A stretch of DNA of 64,000 nucleotides. Origin: Eledone cirrhosa. Taxonomy: Eukaryota. This document shows, piece by piece, positions 28,130 through 41,654 of this stretch (positions within the stretch are counted from its first letter, which is position 1; each line of letters opens with the position of its first letter). Location of the stretch: contig OZ024742.1 of the NCBI GenBank assembly GCA_964016885.1, positions 369,582,001 to 369,646,000 on the forward strand. The letters are read 5' to 3'. A program made the position numbers and the translations under genes. Below the pieces are notes generated by a model. That model worked only from the letters and a program-made list of their open reading frames with translations, searched no databases and had not been told where the DNA came from.

Positions 28130-28130
<1 letters not shown>
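24883..28130 (-). mobile_element. Dong/R4-clade non-LTR retrotransposon, 5'-truncated copy A (1043-aa ORF)
   Basis: ORF 24970-28101 has the same domains and extends upstream as GLFKLDEQRLAGQAR into (TAA)n at 28130-28225. 3' UTR matches copy B. Dong elements are known to target TAA repeats. Confidence 0.93.
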
Positions 28131-28226
<96 letters not shown>

Positions 28227-28577
28227 TCTACATTCCTTACATCAAACTAAAATATGTTGACAATCCTTTAATAATGTCTTCCTTGTGAAATTTGTGGTCT
28301 TGTTTTTCTTAACTAATGAATATTTCCAGCTCTGTGCACCTAACTTCTGCATGAACCCAGCCACCTAGCTGCTTTCTACTGCATATTGCACATTGACCAC
28401 ATGCCTTTACGCTTTGGCTTCTAACTAATTCACCAATCTCTCTTCTCCTCTCCTATCTCCATCTCTCTTTTTAAGATTGGTTACTCTTGAACTGTGTATA
28501 TATATATATATATATATATAAATATATATATATATTTTTTTTAATATTTACTTCTGCGTTCACAGATTGACTTTTGT

Positions 28578-28628
28578 AGTTTCAGAAGATCCCGTTAAGG
28601 GTGAAAGCAGCGATTCTTTGCTTAAACT
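28578..28628 (+). ncRNA. Family A type I HHR-like motif with CAGAAGA core
   Basis: AGTTT-CAGAAGA-tCCC-gttaa-GGGt-GAAA-GCA-gcgattctt-TGC-TT|AAACT. Confidence 0.6.
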
Positions 28629-28989
28629 TTAATCTGTTATTTTAATAAATATATATATATATTTATATTTATTTTTTTATTTTAACATATATTTATTTCT
28701 AAGATTTCACTGTAGAGATAACATATATTTATACATACATGACAGAGAGTGAATATGGGACACAGAAAACATTTCTCATCTAAATCCCAACACATGGCAA
28801 CAGACGCACAATGACAAAGAGAGATGAGGGCAAATCAATGAAACAATAATCGCTCTACAACATCCCAACACATTTCTACAAATGTAATTCAGTTAACACA
28901 CCAACAACAACTTGCAACAAATACACCAAACGTTCAGAGAGGAAGGAACAGGTCAATTGAAGGTCTGGCAAAGAATCCTACAGATGAAT

Positions 28990-30999
28990 CTTTCCAAGAG
29001 CAAACTGTTCTTTCCATAATGCCACAACATAATGCAGGGAGTCTCTTTGCCTCTGTTTGTCCGCACTGCAAAGCTTATCGCTGGCCACATGAACCCAAAT
29101 CTCTGTGCTGCATCCAGGGAAAAGTGCAACTCCCTCAACTTCCTCCTCCTCCTCCACCAAATATACTAAAATATTTCGATATCAATCAAGCAGGAAATTC
29201 TTTTCTCCATAAGATACGGACATATAACAACGTGCTTGCCTTAGCTTCAATTGGTTGCAAAGAGATTAAAGCACTAGGATTTAGTCCTACATTTAAGATC
29301 CAAGGTAAGTTTTGTCATATTATTGGATCACTACTTCCAAGTGATGCTTCACCCAAGTTTACGCAGCTTTACTTCTATGATACAGATCATGAGCTTCAGA
29401 ATCGCTTGCATCATGCTAATTTAAATGCTGCTGTCCTGCAGGACCTGCAGGAAGACTTGCACTACTGCAACACCGATATAAGAAGCTTCAAGTCAGTCAT
29501 TGAAATGCCAGTCTCTGAAAATGTGAATATTGTCCTACATGCTGATAAAGTAAAACCCACTGATTTTCATTGTCGCACATATAATCTTCCCTGATACAGC
29601 ATTAGGTCTTTTGGATGTGATCATTCATAAACGAGATGGTGGTCTTCAGAGGATTCACCAGTTGCACCGTTCTTATGATCCTCTGCATTACATGATGCTG
29701 TTTCCTTGGGGGAATGGTGGGTTTCAGGTTGGTTTGAAAAGGATTGACAACAACCACACACTCACACCCACTGATTTCTACTGTTATCGGTTTCAGGTTA
29801 GGCAAGGTGACTGTAACATTATCATGAAGAGCAGGCGGCTGATGCAGCAATATGCTGTAGATGTCCAGGCAAAAATAGAACATTGTCACCTCAAATGGGC
29901 CCACAACAATCAAACCATGATACGAGCTGAAAAGTATGCGGGTTTGTATGATGCTGTGGCTGAAGGAGATTCAGTAAATGCAGGCCGGAAAATTGTTCTT
30001 CCTCCTTCAATCTATGGTTCACATCGCTTCTACAGTGAGTGCTTTCAGAATTCGATGACTGTGGTTCGACACATGGGAAAGCCATCTTATTTCATCACAG
30101 TAACAACTAACCCTAACTGGGATGAAATAAAAAATAGTTTGCACCCTAGTGAAGAACCTAGAGACCGTCCTGATATTTGTGCAAGAGTCTTCAAGATCAA
30201 GTATGACAGCCTCATGGATGACATACTGAAAAGAAATGTCCTAGGAAAAGTTGTGGCTCATTCTGCTACAACTGTTGCAACTGTAGGTGCATTCACAATT
30301 CTTCTGCCAAATGAACTTTGTCTGGAATATGGTAATGTGTCTGGACTGTGTGATTTTGTGTATACAAATCTTCCAGGAAACTACACAAACCCATTATGGC
30401 TTGCAAATAGAGCCATTGTCACTCCAACAAATGATGCAGCAAGATTGGTGAATGAGTTCATGGTGAACAAGTTCCCTAGTCATAAAATAATCTACAGAAG
30501 CTCTGATACACTAGATAATGAACTGCAATATCCAATTGAGTTCATCAACAAACTTACCCCATCAGGCTTCCCAACACACATACTTAAACTGAAGAAAGGC
30601 AGTTGCATCATGCTTCTGAGAAATCTGGATCCTCTAAACAGGCATTGCAATGGTACACGCTACATCATCATCAGTTTACATAATCATGTAATTGAAGTTG
30701 AAGTGACATTGGGTCCCAATGCTGGAACAAGGTTGCTAATACCAAGGATACCATATGTATCTCAAGAGCTTGAGTTCCCTTTCACCTTTACTCGCAAGCA
30801 ATTTCCTGTCAAACCAGCCTTTGCCCTTACATGCAACAAGGCACAAGGGCAGACATTTGAAAAGATAGGTGTATATCTACCAACACAATTCTTCTCACAT
30901 GGTCAGATGTATGTTGCATTATCACGAGTTACAAAAAAAGAAAATATAAAAATATTAAATATTGCTGACAACTGTGTCTACAAAGAAATTCTACAGTGA
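28990..30999 (+). mobile_element. Helitron Rep/helicase pseudogene with a large internal deletion
   Basis: Rep N-half motifs CPHC..CC..GKV, IGSLLP, YDPLHY, RLMQQYAVD, FITVTTNPNW and DRPD, joined to PIF1 helicase C-terminal motifs MLLRNL..CNGTR, QFPVKPAFALTCNKAQGQT and HGQMYVALSRV. Confidence 0.92.
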
Positions 31000-31469
31000 T
31001 GTGAAACAGCTATCACTCTCTTTTAGTTGAAATGCATTTCAGTTTCTTTTTAACTACTAGAAAAGGGACACTACAAAAACTTAAGAAGTCTATATGTGAA
31101 TACAGTAAAACAACAATATAGCGAAGGTCAACTCTTCATATTGGTAAATGTAATTCATTCATTCATACCAGCAGCATCTATTTTCAAATTCACTGCTTGA
31201 AGCTTCCCATCGACATTCTCAAGTGAAAATTCCGTCAACAGTTTCATCACTTTTCCATCTCCATTATCGCCTTTTTTTAAAATGTATCATGGATTACTTT
31301 ACTGATTACAGAAGTAAGTGTAACACAGTCTTTGTTCAGTTTATGTGCATATTGACAATTTACCTATCATATCTATGCGCATATATATTTGCGTATATCA
31401 ATATGCACACTATACATGCTAGCAGAAAAGTAATGTTCCATCTGACAAGTTTTTTCTGCTCTTTTTCAG

Positions 31470-31714
31470 CTGGTGAATATGACCAAACATCTAGATCTAG
31501 CAAAAGAAGATGTGGAGACATTAATTCCTGGCAAAGATTTTAGTGGTCCGGCAGTTATTGACTGGGAAAGTTGGAGACCTTTGTTTGTCAGGAACTTTGA
31601 TAGCAAACGTATTTATAAAATTAAATCTAAAAAACTTGTAACGAAAGAACACCCAACGTGGAAGGGAAAACAACTCCGAAAGGAGGCTAAACTCGAATTT
31701 GAAAGGGCTGCAAG
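31470..31714 (+). CDS. Hyaluronidase (glycoside hydrolase family 56) internal exon containing the catalytic DWE motif
   Basis: Branch site CTGAC, polypyrimidine tract and CAG acceptor; AAG|GTAATA donor. Translates LVNMTKHLDLAKEDVETLIPGKDFSGPAVIDWESWRPLFVRNFDSKRIY...HPTW...EAKLEFERAA, matching the GH56 pattern FSGLAVIDWEEWRP. Confidence 0.9.
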
Positions 31715-32365
31715 GTAATATATATTGTCAATACTCTTATCTATACTATATATTTGTGTTTCAGAGTGAGACCTTGCAAAATTCAATGTGAGATTAATGA
31801 TTTCAAAATGAAATTAACACATAAACATTTGACAATGATATTTTGAGAGGAGAACATAGAGCATAAAACACCATCGTAACATCGTTTGTAATGTCAACAA
31901 TATGAACTTGCCAGGTTAATTATAAGATGTTATCAACCATTATTAATATACAAAGGTAGCGAACGTTAGAACGTCGGATAGAATGATTTGTGGCACTCGT
32001 TCTGGCTCTCTGAGTTCAAATCTCGCCGAGGTCAACTTTACTTTTCATCCATTCCAGGTCAATAAAATAAGTAGCAGTCTATTCTTCCATCTCTCTCTCT
32101 CTCTCTCTCTCTCACTCTCTCTATCTTTCTCTGGAAAAAATCACCTGCATCGATACCTGGGGAAGAGATGGACTCCGCCAGGCTTTAAAAAGTTCCCTAG
32201 AAATGCCGTATGTCAACATAGCGCCCTTGTCACTTCCTCGGGGTTCACGGGATCAACACCATACATATATTATTATACAACTTCGCCTTTCATCCATTCC
32301 AAGTCGATAAAATAAGTACCAGTCATTTACTGAGGTAAATTCTTCCTCTATATCTCTTTCTTACT

Positions 32366-32424
<59 letters not shown>

Positions 32425-32469
32425 CAATAAATGTAATGAAGGAGTAACCAATCGACCTTGTTATCTTTT

Positions 32470-34286
<1,817 letters not shown>

Positions 34287-34821
34287 TATACATTAATGTT
34301 AAATTAAAAGCCAGATGAAAGATTTCAAGCCAATAATCAGGGAAAATGATTCATCATGCAATTGAAATATTTCCCATCATTTCCAGGTATAAATACGGCA
34401 CCAATTCACGATAGTAACTATCTATGGACGGACTGCAACCAATGTTAGACACTTATGTCTACTTTGTTCAACGTTGAACTTGATATTGTTTGTCTAGACA
34501 TTATAAAATCGCTTCTAACAATAAACAGTTAAATACTTAAACGACTAATTACCTCGCTATCTAAAAAATAATGTTCGATTTTAGAAGCCGTACACACTCT
34601 CAGATTTTAATCCTTGTAATAATTCCATAGAAAACGAACTATTATGATTTTGATTTAAAAAGAGCAGTCTTCCCAGTTTTATTTTATGCATAATATCGTA
34701 TTCCCCAACTGATAAAATCCTCACCCTTACATGTTCTCTAGTAGAAGATATATTATATATTTTGGCTAATTAAATAAGTAAGTTTTATTTACTCTATCTT
34801 TATTTTGAAGTGATATGGTTG

Positions 34822-34981
34822 ACTTTGACCTGCCATGAGCTCATTTTGAAATATTTATTCCCACTTTGATTTTATATGAGCTCACTATGAAATGAACTCA
34901 CTTAGAAATCGTTATTCTCACTTTGATCTGATATGAGCTCACTTTGAAATCGTTATTCTCACTTTAATCTGGCATGAGCTC
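34822..34981. repeat. Degenerate ~41-bp minisatellite, about 4 copies
   Basis: Recurring ACTTTGA...ATGAGCTCA...GAAAT..TTATTC. Confidence 0.6.
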
Positions 34982-35640
34982 CAGCATATACTAAAAATAA
35001 ACTGGAACACATTCGTTCCAGACACTGAGATTCTTGCTAGGGTAAAAGTGACATCTACTCAAGCTATGTTTATTAGGAATCAGTTAAGATGGACAGGTCA
35101 CATGATTCGTATGGGTGATGGACGCGTCCCTAAGAAAATATTTTATGACGAACTGAAGCTGGGCAAAAGGTTAAATAGTAAACCAAGGAGATGCAGAGAC
35201 TCCTTAAAAGAGAACTTAAAATGTCTCAACATATCCTACAATCTTGAATCATGTGCAGCAGATAGAGTGGCCTGGGGAAATGTCATTTGGAGAGGGTAAA
35301 ACATACAGGGGAGAATGATACCAACAGTAATAATGATGAATCTTATCCAGTGTTGGTTTTCAACTGCCCTGTATGCCCTAAGGTGGGTCTTTCGAACGCT
35401 GACTACAAGTCATACCAATGGTCACATGATGGTAAAGTTGAATATTGAAAGTTCATTACATAGAATCAGTTCCAGTGCCATGTTTGTCAGACAATTTGGT
35501 GGTTGATTGTAGCGACATCTGAACATCATAATAAGCAAACCTGAAGTGGAAACAAGAACGAAAGGGGACATCATTGTGTTATTTATGGACGGCTGTTTCA
35601 CAGGCTTTCAGGAGTCAAAAGCCATTTGAGATTTTATGAC
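34982..35640 (+). mobile_element. RTE-clade LINE 3' fragment, degenerate
   Basis: HILKINW...QLRWTGHMIRMGDGRVPKKIFYDELKLGKR...DSLK, followed by decayed C2H2-like motifs. Confidence 0.75.
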
Positions 35641-36148
35641 AGGAGGCCAAATAGGTTGAATTTCCTTGTTATTTATTTCTGCAAACACTGCACATTTCAG
35701 TGGGCCAGATTGCGTAAGAACCCGGTGACATCTTCAGGTGTGAATTACATAATAGATGTATACTAATGTAAATACATTACAAGAGGCTTTAAGGAAAAAA
35801 GCAAAGAAAAAACAGAGAAGAAAAAAGTGTGTTTTTGTGTTTGACCCAGAGACGATGGAAGCAGCATGTTGTTGTGCCCCGTCGACTCTGGGGGATAATA
35901 ACAACCAAGAAAAATAGCATTACCCAAAAACATACAAATAATAAATACAACACAGAAAACATACACACATTTAAAAACAAAATTCCAATATTCGATTGGA
36001 AACTTCGGGGGAACAATCTCCAAACGTATCTACACAGACATTTCGGCTTTAGACCCCCTCTTAACCCCCTGAAGGATAGAACTACTGTCCTTCCTCACCC
36101 AAATCTAAGATAAGTGGCTTTTGCCACTTTCTCCTTCTCTAAATCAAT

Positions 36149-37069
36149 CATGGCCTCACTCAAAATAGGCAGTGTGAATGCACGGGGCTTGGGGTCGTCC
36201 TGGAAACAGTGGCACCTGCTCAATAACCTCCGGCCACTGGACATAGATGTGGTGGCCATTAGCGAGATTAGAGTTTCCGACGCACGAACCTTTGCACCCA
36301 TTTTCGGTGGCTACGGTGTGTATACAGGATCTGGAGGCGGGTTTGCCGTGTTGTTCCGGAAAGGCATGGATCTCACAATACGGACCATCTTCCTGGACCC
36401 GGGGGGGGGGGGGTAAATTTGTGGTGCTGGACCTGACCAGCGGAGAAGGGCACTCCTTCAGGTTAGTGGCTGTCTATGCTCCAACAGGGGCAGGACGAAC
36501 TGATTTCTTCCAATATCTGAAAACCTTTTGGGGAACGTCTCGCCCTTTAGTCTTAGTGGGTGATTGGAACTGTATCTTAGATGCACCCTGGGATTGTGTG
36601 GGACTAACGGATAGGGGAGGAGGATGTAAAAGCCTAGCAAACCTGCTCAGACACTTCCAACTGTCTGACAGATACCGACTGGATTTTCCGAGTGTGCCAA
36701 TGTGGACATGGACAAACCACATCGGGTCATCCAGATCCTATCTAGATAGGGTATTCTGTAGGGAAGTAGACAGGGATAGCATAAGTTGTCCACAATTTCA
36801 AACAGTTGAAAACACAGACCACAAATTTGTGACATGTGTAGTAGATCAGGCTCCATAGACAAGGACCCGGTTACTGGAAGCTAAACGTCTCATTCCTAAT
36901 GCGCAAAGCCTACAGAGACCTGATTAGTAAATTAGTTAAGTGGACGTTGACAAGGGCAATCGTCAACAACAAGTGGTGGTATGCCGTGAAAAGAACAATT
37001 AAAGTAGAATCAATAAGATTTAGCAAAGCTGTAGCAATAGAGAAAACTAGAGTAGAGAGGGAACTAGTG
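36149..37069 (+). mobile_element. L1/Tx1-clade ORF2 N-terminal AP-endonuclease fragment, frameshifted
   Basis: SVNARGL, VYAP, GDWNC, YLDR, TDHK and GPGYWKLN motifs. Its end, LTRAIVNNKWW, aligns with the start of the ORF at 61337-64000 (LTGAIVNSRWW). Confidence 0.85.
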
Positions 37070-37600
37070 ATTATTCAATTCCAGTAATTTCCAATACTGG
37101 AATTGAATAATCAAAACCGTAGCGGTATGTCACATATCAAATCATATATTTTATCTGATGAAAACGTTCTTAAACACCATTGTACCTTTGAAATATGTAT
37201 AATAAAATATATATTTTGATTATGAGAATATTTTTCATTTGTTAATATTTTGAATAATATTAAAAACTCCAGGAAAATCTACTGTTGAGTGCTTCTAATC
37301 TATTGTTATTTTAATAAATATTTGCTCTACGGTTCTTATATATTTGATATATATTTATCCTTATCGAGCCCTCTTTGAATTTTAGTCTTCAAATTTATTA
37401 TTATTACTATATATATATATATATATATATATACATTTGAGCTTCATAAGATCCAGTTAAGGGTGAAAGCAGCGATTCTTTGCTTAAACTTTAATCTGTT
37501 ATTTTAATAAATATTTGCTGTACGGTTCTTATATACTTGATATATATTTATCCTTATCGAGCCCTCTTTGGATTTTAGTCTTCACATTTATTATTATTAT

Positions 37601-37639
<39 letters not shown>

Positions 37640-37644
<5 letters not shown>

Positions 37645-40600
37645 TTAAGGGTACTATTTATGGTTATGTATGCAATAAAACCTTTAATGGTAATATATTA
37701 TATATACAAACCCTAAGTAGTGAGAGATAGTCATTAATTACTATCCTATTACCAGTAAGATAAATAGCTCAATGTAATAACATCAGTTGTTTTACAGAGC
37801 AGTTATATAGAGATTACAGTAATCAAAGTTCAGTTTAAGTCATTTATTTGCTTACAATTGTTTCCTCCAAACCTCGGTTTGGATTCTTCGGAGCAACTAT
37901 TTACTGATCTATAACATACTTGACCTCCTTTTCAACCCAAGAGACACATAAAACATATGCGCATATTGATCAACAGTGGGGTGACATTCATCAAATGATA
38001 TAGCATGGCAATTTACATATAAAGGTTACAGGATAAAAATAAAATAAAAACAAGAGTGGAAATAAAGATAAACATGAAGCGTTGGCAGTCTATGAAGATA
38101 AAGCAAGAGGAAAGCTTAGAGTAGTCAGTGTATGAAACAATCTCCCGTGTAGCATGCACGCGTGTCTTATTTATACATGATTAGAGTGCGTCAGAATGAT
38201 ATTTGCAGGGTCAGGCAGTTGAAGCAGGCAATCGATCTTATTATGTAGGCTGAATTATTAAGTCATTTATTCTCATACATCTGTATGATATACAGTCTCG
38301 GATGCGGGGAAACACCAAAATATCAAAAACTTTCAACATACTATAAACTTTATTGTATCGTAGGCAAGGCCGTACCACTGTCCTTGCTCACACCACCACT
38401 CACATAATCCATGAGACGCAATATATATATAGAGAACACGCGTCTATCGTATAATTCGCGGTGGTTCAGCATATAGTCAAGCTATAAACCGTATCCAGTC
38501 GGTTCTTAATTAATATATCATGCTGTCCAGATTCCGGAAGTGCCTGAATGACTAAGGGGAATTAATGCGTAAGGGGAGGTAACTAGCTAGTTATCTTAGT
38601 TACATTACTATCCTAAACTACATTAATGGTGATTCAAATACGTGCCTATCATGTGAAGTTATAACTAATATCTAGAGTATGTTACCCATTTATAGGTTAG
38701 AGAGTTGTCCATTAAGAAGTACAAGGGTGTATATATTAGGATGATTACCATCCATTAATTAAGGGGTGTCATATCTGAACGTTCTATAAGAGGAGTCAGA
38801 CTCTCAAGTCACTGCTCCATGCAAATGTAATATAACAGTAGGACCTGGTATGTTCCACTATTATATATGCCACCCGGTAGGCTCCGGGTCATTGCATGCC
38901 TGCATCTCCAGTAAATCTTCGGTATGGTCTGGAGATCCAATCTCTCATATAAATGCACTAGTCCGGCCATCAAGCAATAGACAACCCCCGTCTCAAATAT
39001 AAATCAATTATGTATCACATCTACAAGCTAGAGTGGAGTCTATTAATAGGTACTAAAGGAGTTCACATCAAGATGATTACGTGCATAATTCATTGAACTG
39101 ATCGCTTACAGTATATATTCACATAACAATACGATTATCTATCTAATCATCAATCTATCTCTTGGTGGTAATCCATGCACAGGACTATGCCATCGCAACC
39201 AATACCGTGTCCCCAATTTATACTAATCTTATATTTGTGCAATGCAGAATAAGTAGTCCACGGTCGAGATATCAGTATTAGAGGTACAAGGGGGTATTCC
39301 CAGGGTAGGTGGTACTAAAATGCTGTCAGTATTATCTTTAGAGTATAGAGGTGGGTGTGGATGTGAGGTGTAAGGTGTGCTACTGATGTTAATTGCTAGG
39401 GGTGGTGCCGGTTCCAGTCTGACATTATTATATATAGGGTTTAAAGTTTTGGAACGAGTGTCGGAAGCGGTGTTGGCAATTTGCGAACACTTCTGATTTT
39501 TTATTAAGGAGATTATGTTTAGAGAAGATGATAGTATGGGTCTCTAGTAGACAGAGGTTACAGAATTTATCAGGTGGTTTGTACGATGTTGCACTACCTA
39601 CCACTTCCCATTTAAGTGTATATATTTTATTTTTAGTTTTTAGATAGTGTATGTAGCTAGATAGTGAAGTGGAGTTGGCTAGACTGTGTTTTTTGAAAGA
39701 GTGAAGGTGCGAATTGTATCTAGTTTTGAAGCAGTTAGAAGTGGAGCCTATGTAGGTTTCAGAAGAGCTGTTAGTTGTGACTGTACATGAGTATATGATA
39801 TCCTTGGTTAAGCATTTTTTATCTAAAGGGCAGGTTCTACTTGATCTACAGTTACAATTACTCTGGGTGCTAGTCTGCCGGTTACTATGCTGTGTAGAAG
39901 TTTGGATGTTAGCTATAGGGTTATGGTTATGCGGGTTGTGGTACGCAGCGTTAATGTTTACACTAGTGCTATTACTATTATTTCCATTGATATTACGGTT
40001 ATTTGTTATAATGTTACTTTAACTGTTATTTTGAATGTTATTTTGAAGGTTTATCGACCGTTGTGATTTAGTTTGTTGGAAGTAAGAATTAATTTTTCTT
40101 TTATTTGTACTAGCTATGTGGTATGCTAAGTTAGGCGTAGTAGAGTATGAGATCTTAATAGTGTTTTTGTTTAAAAGGCCATGGTACCTGTGGCCGGATG
40201 GGAAGTGTTTATCTAGTAGTGAGAAGAAAGCCCTAGGAAGGTTGGTAGAGACGTTTAAATTGAAAGGAGGGTTGAAAAATGTATTATTTCTTCTTCTATT
40301 TCTGTTTTTTATGTCTGGTGATTTGTTTCCTTTAATGTTCCTATGGTCATTTCTGTGGTGCGGGTTACTCTTGTTGTTAAAATCCCTATTAGTGTGTGTG
40401 CAGTTGCTATTTCTATTATTAAATTTTCCCATGGACATGTTGTGTGAAATGATGTTGTAGCTATGTGTTTTTGTAGGTAGGAACTCTATCCCTGTATTAT
40501 GGCCTGATATAGCTAATGCCTGATTATAATACTGCGAGTTATTGTTAAATATGTTTATGTCATAGGATAGATTAGAGATTCTATTAGATACTCCCTTAGA

Positions 40601-41640
40601 GATAGAGTTCAATATAGATTTAGGGTGGTTAGACTTGGTATCTACGTAGATGAGTTTTTCATTAGGTTTGTGGAAAGGTGCATATATCATTGAGTCTAAG
40701 TAGAGTGTGGCGTCTAGGAAGTTGACGTTTTTGGTGTTTTTGTCCATGGTAATACTAAGGTTAAAGTTTTTGAATGTTTTGTGCAATAGTTTTCTAGTCC
40801 TTTCTATATTGAATTTTTTATAGTCTATAAGTAGAAGTGCATCGTCGCGATACAAACCACCGCTGAGGTACGGAAGTTCCCTGTGGATTAGGTTAAGTAA
40901 GTATAGGCCAGCCAAATCAGTGACCTGCGCCGAGTCACTAGACCCCATAGTAATGTCGAAGTTGTTTTGCGTATCCTTGCGGGTCCATAATTGGTCCTCA
41001 AAGGTGATTATTGTTTTACGGGCCGCAAGTATGACATCAATCTGGAGTCTAGTCAAGTCACTATTGTCCATGGCCATTATAAGTGCCTTATTTGGTAGGA
41101 TAGGGGAAATAGAGGTGTAGTAAGAGTTGATATCAAATTGAATAAATTTTTTATCCTTGTTATCTATGATTTTTTGAACCATTCAATCACTTCACCCGTA
41201 TTTCTCCATTGCTTAAGGTAAATCTTGTGTTTAATCTGTGGGATGATTTTGTCTAGGATTTTTTTACTGATAATGCCAATGTCAGACCTGGAGGGGCAGA
41301 TTAGTCTAATCAAGGGGTTGCTAATGAAGTCTACCTTATGGTCCTTAAGAGAGAATCTAGGGGGTTTGGGGTGTAAGGTTGTGTATGTCTCTGGAGCCCT
41401 AGTTTGGATACTATATTATAGCCTTCCATATTAATATCTTCTAAGTTTTTCATAGTGGTTTTCTTGTAGCTTTTATGTAGTTCATTATATATAAACTTTC
41501 TATACGTATTATAATCTAGGCTGTATATGTTATTAGTTTTGTCGGCATGTACAAAAAGTTTACCAAAACCTCGGTTTGGAGGAAACAATTGTAAGCAAAT
41601 AAATGACTTAAACTGAACTTTGATTACTGTAATCTCTCTC
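37640..41640 (-). mobile_element. Penelope-like element (Naiad-like), 5'-truncated, with a ~1.6-kb 3' region, an HHR and an inverted 5' pLTR piece
   Basis: RT motifs FDI, MGS, GLYRDD and FNPPF at 40019-41182. After one TAA the frame continues CNCR..CPL..C, IIY..YIG, CNLC, LLNKKSE, CQHR to a stop at 39428. 41566-41636 is the reverse complement of about 37809-37879. Confidence 0.9.
37848..37896 (-). ncRNA. Family B minimal type I HHR with CCGAAGA core
   Basis: TTGCT-CCGAAGA-aTCCAAAC-cgag-GTTTGGAg-GAAAC-aatt-GTA|AGCAA; stem III is the palindrome ACAATTGT. Confidence 0.7.
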
Positions 41641-41654
41641 TCTCTATATATATA

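Noticed and set aside
22286-28288. Plus-strand ORFs overlapping the Dong-like elements
   Set aside because: They are antisense shadows of the RT frame with no motifs.
31020-31065. Helitron 3' terminus (hairpin plus CTAG)
   Set aside because: The palindrome is AT-rich and the CTAG at 31057-31060 is followed by A rather than T, so it is not convincing.
39428-40021. Selenocysteine recoding, as described for some Naiad elements
   Set aside because: The interrupting stop is TAA in a linker, and the Cys positions of the endonuclease read here use TGT/TGC.
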